A DNA stretch of 64,000 nucleotides from an uncultured Bacteroidia bacterium (lineage in GTDB: Bacteria > Bacteroidota > Bacteroidia > Bacteroidales > UBA932), in contig CACYCP010000057.1 of NCBI GenBank assembly GCA_902772985.1, positions 4,643-68,642 of the forward strand, given 5' to 3'. Shown here piece by piece: positions 49,550 to 58,234 of this stretch. The notes below the pieces were generated by a model. That model saw only the letters and a list, made by a program, of their open reading frames with translations, was not told the origin of the DNA and ran no database searches. The position numbers were made by a program, and so were the translations under genes. Each line of letters begins with the position of its first letter. Within the stretch, counting starts at the first letter, position 1.

Positions 49550-50244
49550 ACGGCCATTACTGCCGCGACGGCGGCGGTTTCCGTGCGAAGGCGGGACGCT
49601 CCAAGGGAGATGGGAAGGTATCCTTCTTTCACGGCAAGCGCCACTTCCTCTTCGGAAAAATCCCCTTCGGGGCCAATCAGGATAGTAATTTCGGAGCCTT
49701 GGTATTGAGCCAGGGCTTCGTTTATTGTGATGCGTGGATTTTCGCCTTCAAAGCAGCAGGCAATGAGTTTCAAACCATCGCGGGATTCCTTCAGAAAGTC
49801 CTTTACGCTCCGGGGCTCCGGAATTGAAGGGATGCGGGCTTTCAAGGACTGTTTCGTGGCCGACAAGGCTATCCTTTTGGCCCGTTCCGTCTTATAGACC
49901 TTCCTTTCGGAATGCTCCCCGATCAAAGGGAAAATGGTATCTACACCCACCTCGCTTGCCTTTTCCACGAACCATTCGAAGCGCTCATTGTTCTTGGTGG
50001 GGCAGCAGGCAAGGCTCAGATTGTAGGGGTGGGCGTTCCACTCCGGCACGGCGGAAAGAATCTGTGCCTGGGCTCCGCGGGGATTGTCGTCGGTCAGGCG
50101 GCAGTGCAGAAGCGTTCCCTCGCCGTCAATCACGTCTATTTCGTCTCCGGCGCGGTGCCGGAGCACGCGCACGCAGTGCCCGCTTTCATCGGCATCCAGA
50201 AAACAGACGTCGCCGGAAATCCTGTATGCCCAGAAAATCTCCAT
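49531..50244 (-). CDS. rsmE: 16S rRNA m3U1498 methyltransferase
   Basis: HCVRVLR, EKASEVG, IGPEGDFS, LRTETA. Confidence 0.95.
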   Translation of the reverse strand: MEIFWAYRISGDVCFLDADESGHCVRVLRHRAGDEIDVIDGEGTLLHCRLTDDNPRGAQAQILSAVPEWNAHPYNLSLACCPTKNNERFEWFVEKASEVGVDTIFPLIGEHSERKVYKTERAKRIALSATKQSLKARIPSIPEPRSVKDFLKESRDGLKLIACCFEGENPRITINEALAQYQGSEITILIGPEGDFSEEEVALAVKEGYLPISLGASRLRTETAAVAAVMAVYLRAM

Positions 50245-50721
50245 CTATTTGAGCACTATTGCCGATGCCCATACCTCGCAGCCTTCTTCCCGGCCCACGA
50301 AGCCCAGCCTTTCGGTGGTTGTGGCTTTCACGGAGACGGCGTCTTTTTCTACGCCCAGGATAGGTGCCAGCGTTTCTCTCATCTGCTCGATGTAGGGGGA
50401 GAGTTTCGGACGCTGGAGGGCGATAGTGATATCGGCATTACCAACCTTGTAGCCTTTTTCGTGAATCAGGGCGACCACCTTCGAAAGAAGCACTTTGCTG
50501 TCGGCCCCTTTCCATTCGGGGGATGTGTCCGGGAAAAGATGGCCGATGTCCCCCAGGGCCAGGCAGCCCAGAAGGGCGTCGCAAAGGGCGTGGATAGCCA
50601 CATCTCCGTCGGAATGGGCCACAAAACCCGTTGAAGAAGGTATTTTCACGCCGCCAAGCCACATAGGCAGGCCTTCCTGAAGCGCGTGAACGTCGTATCC
50701 GTTACCTATTCGTATTTGCAT
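50245..50721 (-). CDS. ispF: 2-C-methyl-D-erythritol 2,4-cyclodiphosphate synthase
   Basis: RIGNGYDVH, HSDGDV, DIGHLFP, KATTTERLGF. Confidence 0.96.
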   Translation of the reverse strand: MQIRIGNGYDVHALQEGLPMWLGGVKIPSSTGFVAHSDGDVAIHALCDALLGCLALGDIGHLFPDTSPEWKGADSKVLLSKVVALIHEKGYKVGNADITIALQRPKLSPYIEQMRETLAPILGVEKDAVSVKATTTERLGFVGREEGCEVWASAIVLK

Positions 50722-50776
50722 AGTTTTGCAAAGATAGATAAAATTTGATACTTTTGTATGATAAAGGAAAACTGCT

Positions 50777-51088
50777 ATGGCAAGCTTATTCAACTTTGGT
50801 TTCTTCGGAAACCAGGAGCACCGGGTGTTCAACTACCGCCCCAGATATTACGATCCTGAAGAGGAAAAACGGCGCCAGATGTTCGGCGACGTGGACGGCA
50901 GCAACGATGCCGCCCGCGAGAAAGGAGAATATGTGCCAGGCAGCAGCCTGCGCGGAGCATTCCGCGGCGGAAACTACCAGAAAACCAGCTCCACCATGAA
51001 CCGCACGCACACCATAATAACCATCGTGACGCTTATCCTCATTGTGGTGGTGCTCATCTACATGTCCAAATTCTTTGAACTTCTCTAA
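50777..51088 (+). CDS. Small conserved membrane protein
   Basis: FNYRPRYYDP motif, C-terminal TM helix, own -7 box. Confidence 0.75.
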   Translation: MASLFNFGFFGNQEHRVFNYRPRYYDPEEEKRRQMFGDVDGSNDAAREKGEYVPGSSLRGAFRGGNYQKTSSTMNRTHTIITIVTLILIVVVLIYMSKFFELL

Positions 51089-51091
51089 CCC

Positions 51092-52852
51092 GTGGAACTG
51101 AAGATTCTTCCAAAGAACGTTGCCGATATGATAGCGGCGGGGGAAGTGGTGCAAAGGCCCGCCTCCGTGGTGAAGGAACTTATGGAAAATGCGGTGGACG
51201 CCGGTGCCACGGATGTAAAAGTCATCATCCTGGACGCCGGACGCACGCTTATTCAGGTAATAGACAACGGTTGCGGGATGAGCCCGGACGACGCTGTCCT
51301 GTGCTTTGAACGCCACGCTACCTCCAAGCTTTCTTCCGCCGAGGATCTTCACAACATCCTCACCTTCGGTTTCCGCGGAGAAGCCCTTTCTTCTATTGCC
51401 GCCGTGGCCGAGGTCGGCCTCCGTACCCGTGAGGCCGGGGCCGAATCTGGCGTTGAAGTGAGCGTGGCCGGAGGGGAGCACATCGGCACAAAAGAAGTCT
51501 CCTGCCCCGTCGGCAGCAATTTTTCCGTGCGAAACCTCTTTTACAACATACCCGCCCGGCGCAAATTCCTGAAAAGTGACAACGTAGAGTTCCGGCACAT
51601 TGTGGAGGAGTTCCAAAGGGTAGCCCTCACCAGGGCCGACGTTGCCTTTTCCCTTACCCATAACGGCAAGGACATTCACGTCGTGAAGCCCGTCAAAAGC
51701 CTTAAATTCCGCATCCAGGATCTTCTGGGGCCGCTTGTGGTGGGTGATATGATGGACATATCGGCCGAAACCACAATCTGCCGTCTAAGCGGCTATGTGG
51801 GTCGTCCGGAAAGCGCCCGCAAGACGCCCGGCAACCAGTTTTTCTTCGTCAACGGCCGATATTTCCGCAGCGCCTACCTGCACAAAGCCGTGATGAAGGC
51901 CTACGAGAACCTTATCCCGGAGGGCAGCCAGCCGGCCTATTTCATTTTTATCGAAACGCCTCCCGGCAGCATAGACGTAAATATCCATCCCACGAAAACC
52001 GAGATCAAGTTCGAGGAGGATCAGTTGCTGTTCCAAACCATCTTTGCAGCAGTGAAGGAGGTTACCGGAAGAAGCGGCATCGCCTCTATCGAATTCGACA
52101 ATCCCGAGGCGAAGGAAATCCCTGTCCTGGGCACCAGGTTCGAAGAATATCGGCCTGCAAGCATTCCCACGTCGGGGGTGGATCCGGATTTCAATCCTTT
52201 CGGCCACGACTATTCTGCCCATGACTATTCCGCCCACGTGGAGAAGAGCCAGAATTATGGTGCTCTGTTCGAAGACCGCACCCTTCCAACCTCGCAGGTT
52301 CTCATAGTCCAGGGCAAGTATATCCTTACCCAGAGCGCTTCGGGAGTGATGGTGGTGAATATCCGCAGGGCCAGGGAGCGCATATTCCACGACCGTTTTG
52401 TCAAAGCCCTCAGCGCCAACAATCCGGTGGGGCAGGCTGCGCTTTTCCCTGTCCAGGTCAACGTTGGGGTGGATGGCTGCCTTTGCCTTGAGGAGCACGC
52501 CGAACTGCTTCACCGCCTTGGCTTTGATATATCGGCCTTCGGGAACGACTGCGTGGTGGTAAATGCGGTTCCGGAGGGCTACAGCGCCCAGGCCGGCAAG
52601 GTGGAAACGCTGGTACAGGACATACTCCTTATTCTTTCCGACAACCCTTCGTCCCTGGCCTCCCTGATGGAACAGTCCCTGGCGCAAAAATTCGCCGTTC
52701 TGGGTGCTTCGGGAGGGGATAAGCTCACCTCGCCTTTGGAGGCGCAGCGCCTTGTGGACACGCTCATGCAAAGCGAAAATCCTGAATTTACAGCCGCCGG
52801 CCGCAAGATTATCTCCCTTGTATCGGCCGATGAACTGGAAAAACTTTTCTGA
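51092..52852 (+). CDS. mutL: DNA mismatch repair protein MutL
   Basis: IAAGEVV, KELMENA, DNGCGM, GFRGEAL, DVNIHPTK. Confidence 0.96.
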   Translation: MELKILPKNVADMIAAGEVVQRPASVVKELMENAVDAGATDVKVIILDAGRTLIQVIDNGCGMSPDDAVLCFERHATSKLSSAEDLHNILTFGFRGEALSSIAAVAEVGLRTREAGAESGVEVSVAGGEHIGTKEVSCPVGSNFSVRNLFYNIPARRKFLKSDNVEFRHIVEEFQRVALTRADVAFSLTHNGKDIHVVKPVKSLKFRIQDLLGPLVVGDMMDISAETTICRLSGYVGRPESARKTPGNQFFFVNGRYFRSAYLHKAVMKAYENLIPEGSQPAYFIFIETPPGSIDVNIHPTKTEIKFEEDQLLFQTIFAAVKEVTGRSGIASIEFDNPEAKEIPVLGTRFEEYRPASIPTSGVDPDFNPFGHDYSAHDYSAHVEKSQNYGALFEDRTLPTSQVLIVQGKYILTQSASGVMVVNIRRARERIFHDRFVKALSANNPVGQAALFPVQVNVGVDGCLCLEEHAELLHRLGFDISAFGNDCVVVNAVPEGYSAQAGKVETLVQDILLILSDNPSSLASLMEQSLAQKFAVLGASGGDKLTSPLEAQRLVDTLMQSENPEFTAAGRKIISLVSADELEKLF

Positions 52853-52853
52853 A

Positions 52854-53516
52854 ATGGCACAATCGAGATTCCTTGACAATATTCCCCCGGTAACCCGGAA
52901 CCTGCTGTACGTGAACCTGATAATGTTCGTGGCGACGCTCATTAATCCCACGTTCATGAAGGGGGCCTTTTCCATGGCTTTTCCCCTCTCTACCGAATTC
53001 CGCTGGTGGCAGCCGCTCACGCATATGTTCATGCACGACGGCTTCATGCACATATTCTTCAATATGTACACTCTGGTAATGTTCGGCATGGTGGTGGAGC
53101 GTGCCCTGGGAACCAAAAGATTCATATGGTTCTACCTTATCACCGGCTTTGGCGCGGTGGCTCTGCACACGGGCGTGCAGTTCCTGCAGGTGCAGCAGAT
53201 GATTAAGGAATATCCGCAGGTGGAACCCCAGCTCATTTACAACAGCGTTCCCGGTGTCCTGGGTGCTTCCGGAGCCGTTTACGGCGTTCTGGTCGCCTTC
53301 GCAATGCTGTATCCCCAGGCCCGGCTCACCCTCATTTTCCCGCCCATAACCCTTGATGCAAAATGGTGGGTGGTAATATTCATTGCCATTGAACTGCTCA
53401 CCGGAATTACCGGTACGCAGATGGGCGTGGCCCATTTCGCCCACCTTGGCGGAGCCCTCTTCGGCTTCCTTCTCATCAAATACTGGAAAAAGAGCGGAAA
53501 GATTTACAGCCGATGA
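52854..53516 (+). CDS. Rhomboid intramembrane serine protease
   Basis: HIFFNM, GASG, AHLGG. Confidence 0.93.
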   Translation: MAQSRFLDNIPPVTRNLLYVNLIMFVATLINPTFMKGAFSMAFPLSTEFRWWQPLTHMFMHDGFMHIFFNMYTLVMFGMVVERALGTKRFIWFYLITGFGAVALHTGVQFLQVQQMIKEYPQVEPQLIYNSVPGVLGASGAVYGVLVAFAMLYPQARLTLIFPPITLDAKWWVVIFIAIELLTGITGTQMGVAHFAHLGGALFGFLLIKYWKKSGKIYSR

Positions 53517-54106
53517 AAGCCGAAGAAATATTTGGTGCAGCCCTGGAAACCCTGCGGAAGGGCGGAACCATTCTCTATCCTACCGATACTGTCTGGGGAA
53601 TAGGCTGTGACGCAACTTCCCGTGAGGCTGTGGCCCGGATTTTCGAAATCAAGCGCCGGGAGGACTCCAAGTCACTGGTGCTTCTGGCCTCGGACATGGA
53701 TATGGTGGCGAAATTTATCAAGGAAATACCTTCAATAGCCATTGATCTTGTGGAGGTTAACGATGCGCCAATGACCATCATCTACCCCGGTGCCATCTGT
53801 TCGGAAAACGGTGACCGCTGGCATCTGGCCTCGAATGTGGTTGCTCCGGATGGTTCCGTAGGAATACGCATCCCCCTCATGGAGTGGTGTCAGAAGCTTG
53901 TTTTCAAGTTGGGGCGGCCCATCGTTAGTACATCGGCCAATATTTCCGGCGAGCCCACGCCTCTGCGCTTCTCCGACATCCCGCAGGAGATAAAGGACGC
54001 CGTGGATTTCGTGGTTCCACCGTCTGTGGACAAATGCTCCACCGGCAAGGCCTCCCAAATCATCAAGCTCGGCCTTGGCGGCGAAGTGGAAATAATCCGG
54101 AAATAG
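53513..54106 (+). CDS. tsaC: Threonylcarbamoyl-AMP synthase (TsaC/Sua5/YrdC)
   Basis: PTDTVWGIGCD, IKRR, GIRIP, STSANISG. Confidence 0.92.
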   Translation: MKAEEIFGAALETLRKGGTILYPTDTVWGIGCDATSREAVARIFEIKRREDSKSLVLLASDMDMVAKFIKEIPSIAIDLVEVNDAPMTIIYPGAICSENGDRWHLASNVVAPDGSVGIRIPLMEWCQKLVFKLGRPIVSTSANISGEPTPLRFSDIPQEIKDAVDFVVPPSVDKCSTGKASQIIKLGLGGEVEIIRK

Positions 54107-54121
54107 TTCCCGGGGCCGGCG

Positions 54122-55345
54122 TTAAAACTCCAGCCAGCGGTTAAGGCTTTCGTGGGCGCCGACAAGCACGAATTTATAGAAGTTTGACTGGCCAATCTTG
54201 TCCAGGTCATAACGAAACTCCTCATCACCGGCTTTAATGTCGGCAAGGTGAATCCAGTTCTCGCTGCCGCTCGTCTTGAACTCGTTGGCCGGAGAGGCGT
54301 ACACGCTCACAGGGGCCGATTTCTTCCACGCCTTCCAGCGCAGAATCACTTCCCTGTCATAAGTGCTCACTTCCAGCTCGCTGATTTCAGTTTTGCCGAT
54401 GAAGGAAATTCCGTCGCGCTCCCATTTTACGGCATCAGGTACTTCCATACCCAGGAACTCACAGATGCTTGGGTTGATATCCACCATTGAGGCTCTGCCG
54501 TCTTTGAAGCGTTTGTTTACTTTCTGGTTTGTGGCTATCCAGGTGGTCCTTTCCCTGAGTGACTGCCCGCCGTGATGGCGTCCGTTGACAGTCCTGCCGT
54601 GATCGGTGGTTACCACAATCATCCACTCCTCACCGAACTTCTGCTGGCGGTACTTCACGGCCTGCCACACGCGGTTAATCTGCTCCCCGGCCTTAAATAT
54701 GTATTCGTCGAAATAGGCGCCGTTACCGTAAAAGTGCGAAGCGTCGTCGGGATACCAGAGGTAAACCCAGCTCAGGTCCGGAGCGTCCTCCCGGATGCAT
54801 TTTGCGGCCTCCAGGGACACTTTTTCATCGTAGTCAAACACGTGGAGGTCCTTCTCCTTTTTGGGAAAATTCTCATTGTCAAGGTCGTAGCCGTCACGGA
54901 TATAATCGATGGTCAGGTTCCCGGTTTCCGCCTTTCCTTCGCCCAGAAGCACGGTCCTGTTGTCTGTCCAACCGGAAAAAATGCCGGTTTTCAGGGGCCT
55001 CTTCTGCGCCTTGGCAATACGGAACAAGGACCAGTAGTTGTAATTCGGGGAAAGGTTGTCATTGCCGAAGACATTGTGCTTATTGGCCCAGGTTCCCGTA
55101 AGCATGGTATTATAACCTACAGCCGATATGGTTGGCGTCTGGTTATAGCGCCCGGTTTCTCCGCCCACGAAGCTGGCCCCGAAAGCCCCCGTCCTGGCAA
55201 TGTCATAGATGACAGGCACTTGCAGGCGCTCAACCGCATCTTTCGGAATTCCGTCCACAATGATGACCACCGCCTTCCTCTCCCCGGCCAGGCTTGCCGA
55301 AATTGTAATCAGACAAAAGAAAAATATCCAGCAGAATCGTTTCAT
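54122..55345 (-). CDS. Alkaline phosphatase / phosphodiesterase superfamily protein
   Basis: Signal peptide, IVDG, PTISAVG, PDDASH, TTDHG. Confidence 0.85.
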   Translation of the reverse strand: MKRFCWIFFFCLITISASLAGERKAVVIIVDGIPKDAVERLQVPVIYDIARTGAFGASFVGGETGRYNQTPTISAVGYNTMLTGTWANKHNVFGNDNLSPNYNYWSLFRIAKAQKRPLKTGIFSGWTDNRTVLLGEGKAETGNLTIDYIRDGYDLDNENFPKKEKDLHVFDYDEKVSLEAAKCIREDAPDLSWVYLWYPDDASHFYGNGAYFDEYIFKAGEQINRVWQAVKYRQQKFGEEWMIVVTTDHGRTVNGRHHGGQSLRERTTWIATNQKVNKRFKDGRASMVDINPSICEFLGMEVPDAVKWERDGISFIGKTEISELEVSTYDREVILRWKAWKKSAPVSVYASPANEFKTSGSENWIHLADIKAGDEEFRYDLDKIGQSNFYKFVLVGAHESLNRWLEF

Positions 55346-55451
55346 AATCTCACATTTTTCCCAAAGATACTGCTTTTTCCTGGAATACTTACCACTTTTT
55401 CGTGAGCATCCGGGGCCGTTTTTGCTCACGGATGCGGTATTTAACGTAAAA

Positions 55452-55481
55452 CGGTGACCAGGATTGAGTTCCCGGTCACCG
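55452..55481 (-). terminator. Intrinsic terminator of the 94-aa gene
   Basis: CGGTGACC...GGTCACCG inverted repeat followed by TTTT on the minus strand. Confidence 0.7.
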
Positions 55482-55500
55482 CCATGTATGATTTTATTTC

Positions 55501-55785
55501 TTATTTGCCCAGGCTGTCCTTTACGGCAACACTAAGCTCATCGTAAAGCTTGTCGCTTTCCTCGAGGAGGGTCTTGCGGATGTCGGTGTAGTAGGCCTTA
55601 TCGGCACCCTTCGGGGCGCTGGAGACCTTGTCCCTCAAGTCGTTGAACAAATCCACAGCCTTGTCAATGAGGTCTGCAATCTTATCGGCATCCTTGCCGG
55701 GATTGATAGCCAGGAAAAGGGTGCAGTCGTCCACAAATGCACCAATCACATACTCAATGTCTTTCTTAATGTCTCTAAGATTCAT
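55501..55785 (-). CDS. Conserved small helical protein
   Basis: MNLRDIKKDIEYV...; own promoter and terminator. Confidence 0.8.
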   Translation of the reverse strand: MNLRDIKKDIEYVIGAFVDDCTLFLAINPGKDADKIADLIDKAVDLFNDLRDKVSSAPKGADKAYYTDIRKTLLEESDKLYDELSVAVKDSLGK

Positions 55786-55839
55786 GTCTTTTCTGAATTA
55801 AATCGCTGCAAAGATACAAAAATTTTCTCAATAACGGCC

Positions 55840-57207
55840 TTATTTGAATAGTGCCCTGACCAGGGCGGGGATATCGGCAACCTTGACGACGTCGATGCCT
55901 TGGGGCTTGGTGTCGAAATGGGTGTAGGACGATACGAAAATGCGTTTGAAGCCCACCCGGGCGGCTTCAGTTGCCCGGCGTGAGGCCTGGGAGACAGGGC
56001 GGATTTCACCGCTCAGTCCCACCTCGCCTGCGAAGCACACGTCTTGTGGAATGGGATAGTCGAAGTTGGACGAAAGCACGGCACAAATCACGGCAAGGTC
56101 GCAGGCAGGGTCGGTTATGCGAAGCCCGCCGGCCATATTCAGGAACACGTCCTTTTGGGCAAGTTTGAAGCCCGCACGGCGCTCCAGCACGGCAAGCAGC
56201 ATATTCAGGCGCCGGACATCGAAACCCGTTGCGCTGCGCTGCGCCGTTCCATATACGGCCGATGAAACCAGCGCCTGGACCTCGAACAAAAACGGCCTGT
56301 TTCCGTCCAGCATTGCACTTATGGTGGTGCCGCTAAGGCCCTCCTGATGCATTGGAATGAGCATTTCCGAAGGATTTGCCACTTCTTTTAGGCCTGTGCC
56401 CGTCATCTCGAAAACTGCCAGCTCCGAGGTGGAACCGAAGCGGTTCTTGATGCTTCGAAGCACCCTGTAGGCCCCCCGGTTCTCCCCTTCGAACTGCAGG
56501 ACCACATCCACTATATGCTCCAGAATCTTGGGGCCGGCAATTGTGCCCTCCTTAGTGATATGGCCAATGAGAATCACAGGGATGCCGCTCGCCTTTGCAA
56601 AACGGAGGAGCTGGGCGGCAACCTCCTTGATCTGACTCACACTTCCGGCCGATGAATCCACTCCGGTGCAGGACATTGTCTGCACGGAATCCACAATCAT
56701 CAGATCCGGAGCGCACTCCTTCGCCTCGGCAAGGATGGCGTCCATATCCGTTTCGCTGTATATGAGGCAGTTGGAAGCGTCGCCTCCAAGACGGTCGGCC
56801 CTCATTTTCACCTGCTTGACGCTTTCCTCTCCGGTGACGTACAGAGTTTTAAGCTGCGGACTTCGCAGCGGAAGCTGCAGCGAAAGGGTACTTTTGCCAA
56901 TACCGGGTTCTCCGCCCATAAGCACCAGCGAGCCTTTCACGATGCCACCGCCCAGAAGGCGGTCAACCTCAGGGCTGCCAAGGGAAATGCGGTCCTCGTT
57001 GGTGGAGGAAACGTCTTTCAGGGGCTGGGGCTTGTTGCCGCTGCCGGGTACGCTTGCTGCGGCGCCCACGGCCTTCTTGCCCGTAACCACCTCCTGCTCC
57101 TTCATGCTGTTCCACTCCCCGCAGGCAGGGCATCGGCCCATCCATTTTGAATACTCGTTTCCGCAGGATGTGCAGAACCACAGCGTTTTTGTCTTACTCG
57201 TTGCCAT
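55840..57207 (-). CDS. radA: DNA repair protein RadA/Sms
   Basis: CTSC...CPAC, GEPGIGKST, KNRFG, GEVGLSGE. Confidence 0.97.
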   Translation of the reverse strand: MATSKTKTLWFCTSCGNEYSKWMGRCPACGEWNSMKEQEVVTGKKAVGAAASVPGSGNKPQPLKDVSSTNEDRISLGSPEVDRLLGGGIVKGSLVLMGGEPGIGKSTLSLQLPLRSPQLKTLYVTGEESVKQVKMRADRLGGDASNCLIYSETDMDAILAEAKECAPDLMIVDSVQTMSCTGVDSSAGSVSQIKEVAAQLLRFAKASGIPVILIGHITKEGTIAGPKILEHIVDVVLQFEGENRGAYRVLRSIKNRFGSTSELAVFEMTGTGLKEVANPSEMLIPMHQEGLSGTTISAMLDGNRPFLFEVQALVSSAVYGTAQRSATGFDVRRLNMLLAVLERRAGFKLAQKDVFLNMAGGLRITDPACDLAVICAVLSSNFDYPIPQDVCFAGEVGLSGEIRPVSQASRRATEAARVGFKRIFVSSYTHFDTKPQGIDVVKVADIPALVRALFK

Positions 57208-58234
57208 AAGTGGTTTTTAAGTGACATTCCCAAGCCCAGGCGGCTTTCAGGGTTTCTTCAATGGAACGAGTGGCCTTCCAGCCCATCTGCTCGTTGGCTT
57301 TGGCAGGATCGGCCCAAATGGCGGTGACGTCACCTTCGCGGCGCGGGGCAAAACGGTAATTGAGCTTCACGCCGTTCACCTTTTCGAAGGCGTTTACCAG
57401 TTCCAGTACGCTCAGGGGGCGTCCGGTGCCAATATTAAACACCTCGCAAGGCTGAGCCATCTTACCATCCAGCATACGCTTCACGGCGCAGACATGGGCC
57501 TTTGCCAGATCCACGATGTCGATATAGTCCCTGAGGCAGGTGCCGTCGGGCGTCGGGTAGTCGTTGCCAAAAATATTCAGGCATTCCCTCTTGCCGACTG
57601 CGGTCTGGGTGATGAACGGGACCAGATTGTTGGGTACTCCGCGGGGGAGTTCTCCGATGAGGGCGCTGGGATGGGCGCCGATGGGATTGAAATACCGCAG
57701 CAGGATGCCTTTAATGGCACCATTGCTCGCTTTCACGCAGTCCTGAAGGATGTCTTCGCACATTTTCTTGGTATTGCCATAGGGCGAAGCGGCGGGCTTC
57801 CGTGGTGTTTCCTCGGTCACTGGAACCTTGTCCGGCTCTCCATATACGGTGGCCGATGAAGAGAACAGCACATTGCAACCACCCTTGTCCTGTGCGGCTT
57901 CCAACACGTTCAGGAAGCTCAGGAGATTGTTTTTGTAATACATCACCGGCTCCTGCACGCTTTCCCCCACGGCCTTGAATGCGGCAAAATGAATGACAGC
58001 GTCTATGGGATATTTGGCGAAAAGGGCTTTCGTTGCCGATGCGTCGCAGAAGTCCATCACCTCGAGGGGAATGTCGTCCCGGCCGGTGATTTTCTTCACG
58101 CCCTTGAAGCAGGTGAGGTCGCAATTGGAGAAATTGTCGGCTACAACTATGTCGAAGCCTGCTTCAATGAGTTCAACGCTCACGTGGCTGCCAATGAAAC
58201 CGGCCCCTCCGGATACTAGAACTGTGTTTTTCAT
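57194..58234 (-). CDS. galE: UDP-glucose 4-epimerase
   Basis: GGAGFIGSH, KAVGES, YGNTK, LRYFNPIGAH, DYPTPDGT. Confidence 0.96.
   Translation of the reverse strand: MKNTVLVSGGAGFIGSHVSVELIEAGFDIVVADNFSNCDLTCFKGVKKITGRDDIPLEVMDFCDASATKALFAKYPIDAVIHFAAFKAVGESVQEPVMYYKNNLLSFLNVLEAAQDKGGCNVLFSSSATVYGEPDKVPVTEETPRKPAASPYGNTKKMCEDILQDCVKASNGAIKGILLRYFNPIGAHPSALIGELPRGVPNNLVPFITQTAVGKRECLNIFGNDYPTPDGTCLRDYIDIVDLAKAHVCAVKRMLDGKMAQPCEVFNIGTGRPLSVLELVNAFEKVNGVKLNYRFAPRREGDVTAIWADPAKANEQMGWKATRSIEETLKAAWAWECHLKTTYGNE

Noticed and set aside
2182-57207. Competence system from comM, comF and radA
   Set aside because: Scattered, near-universal genes; no pilus or comEC in the window.
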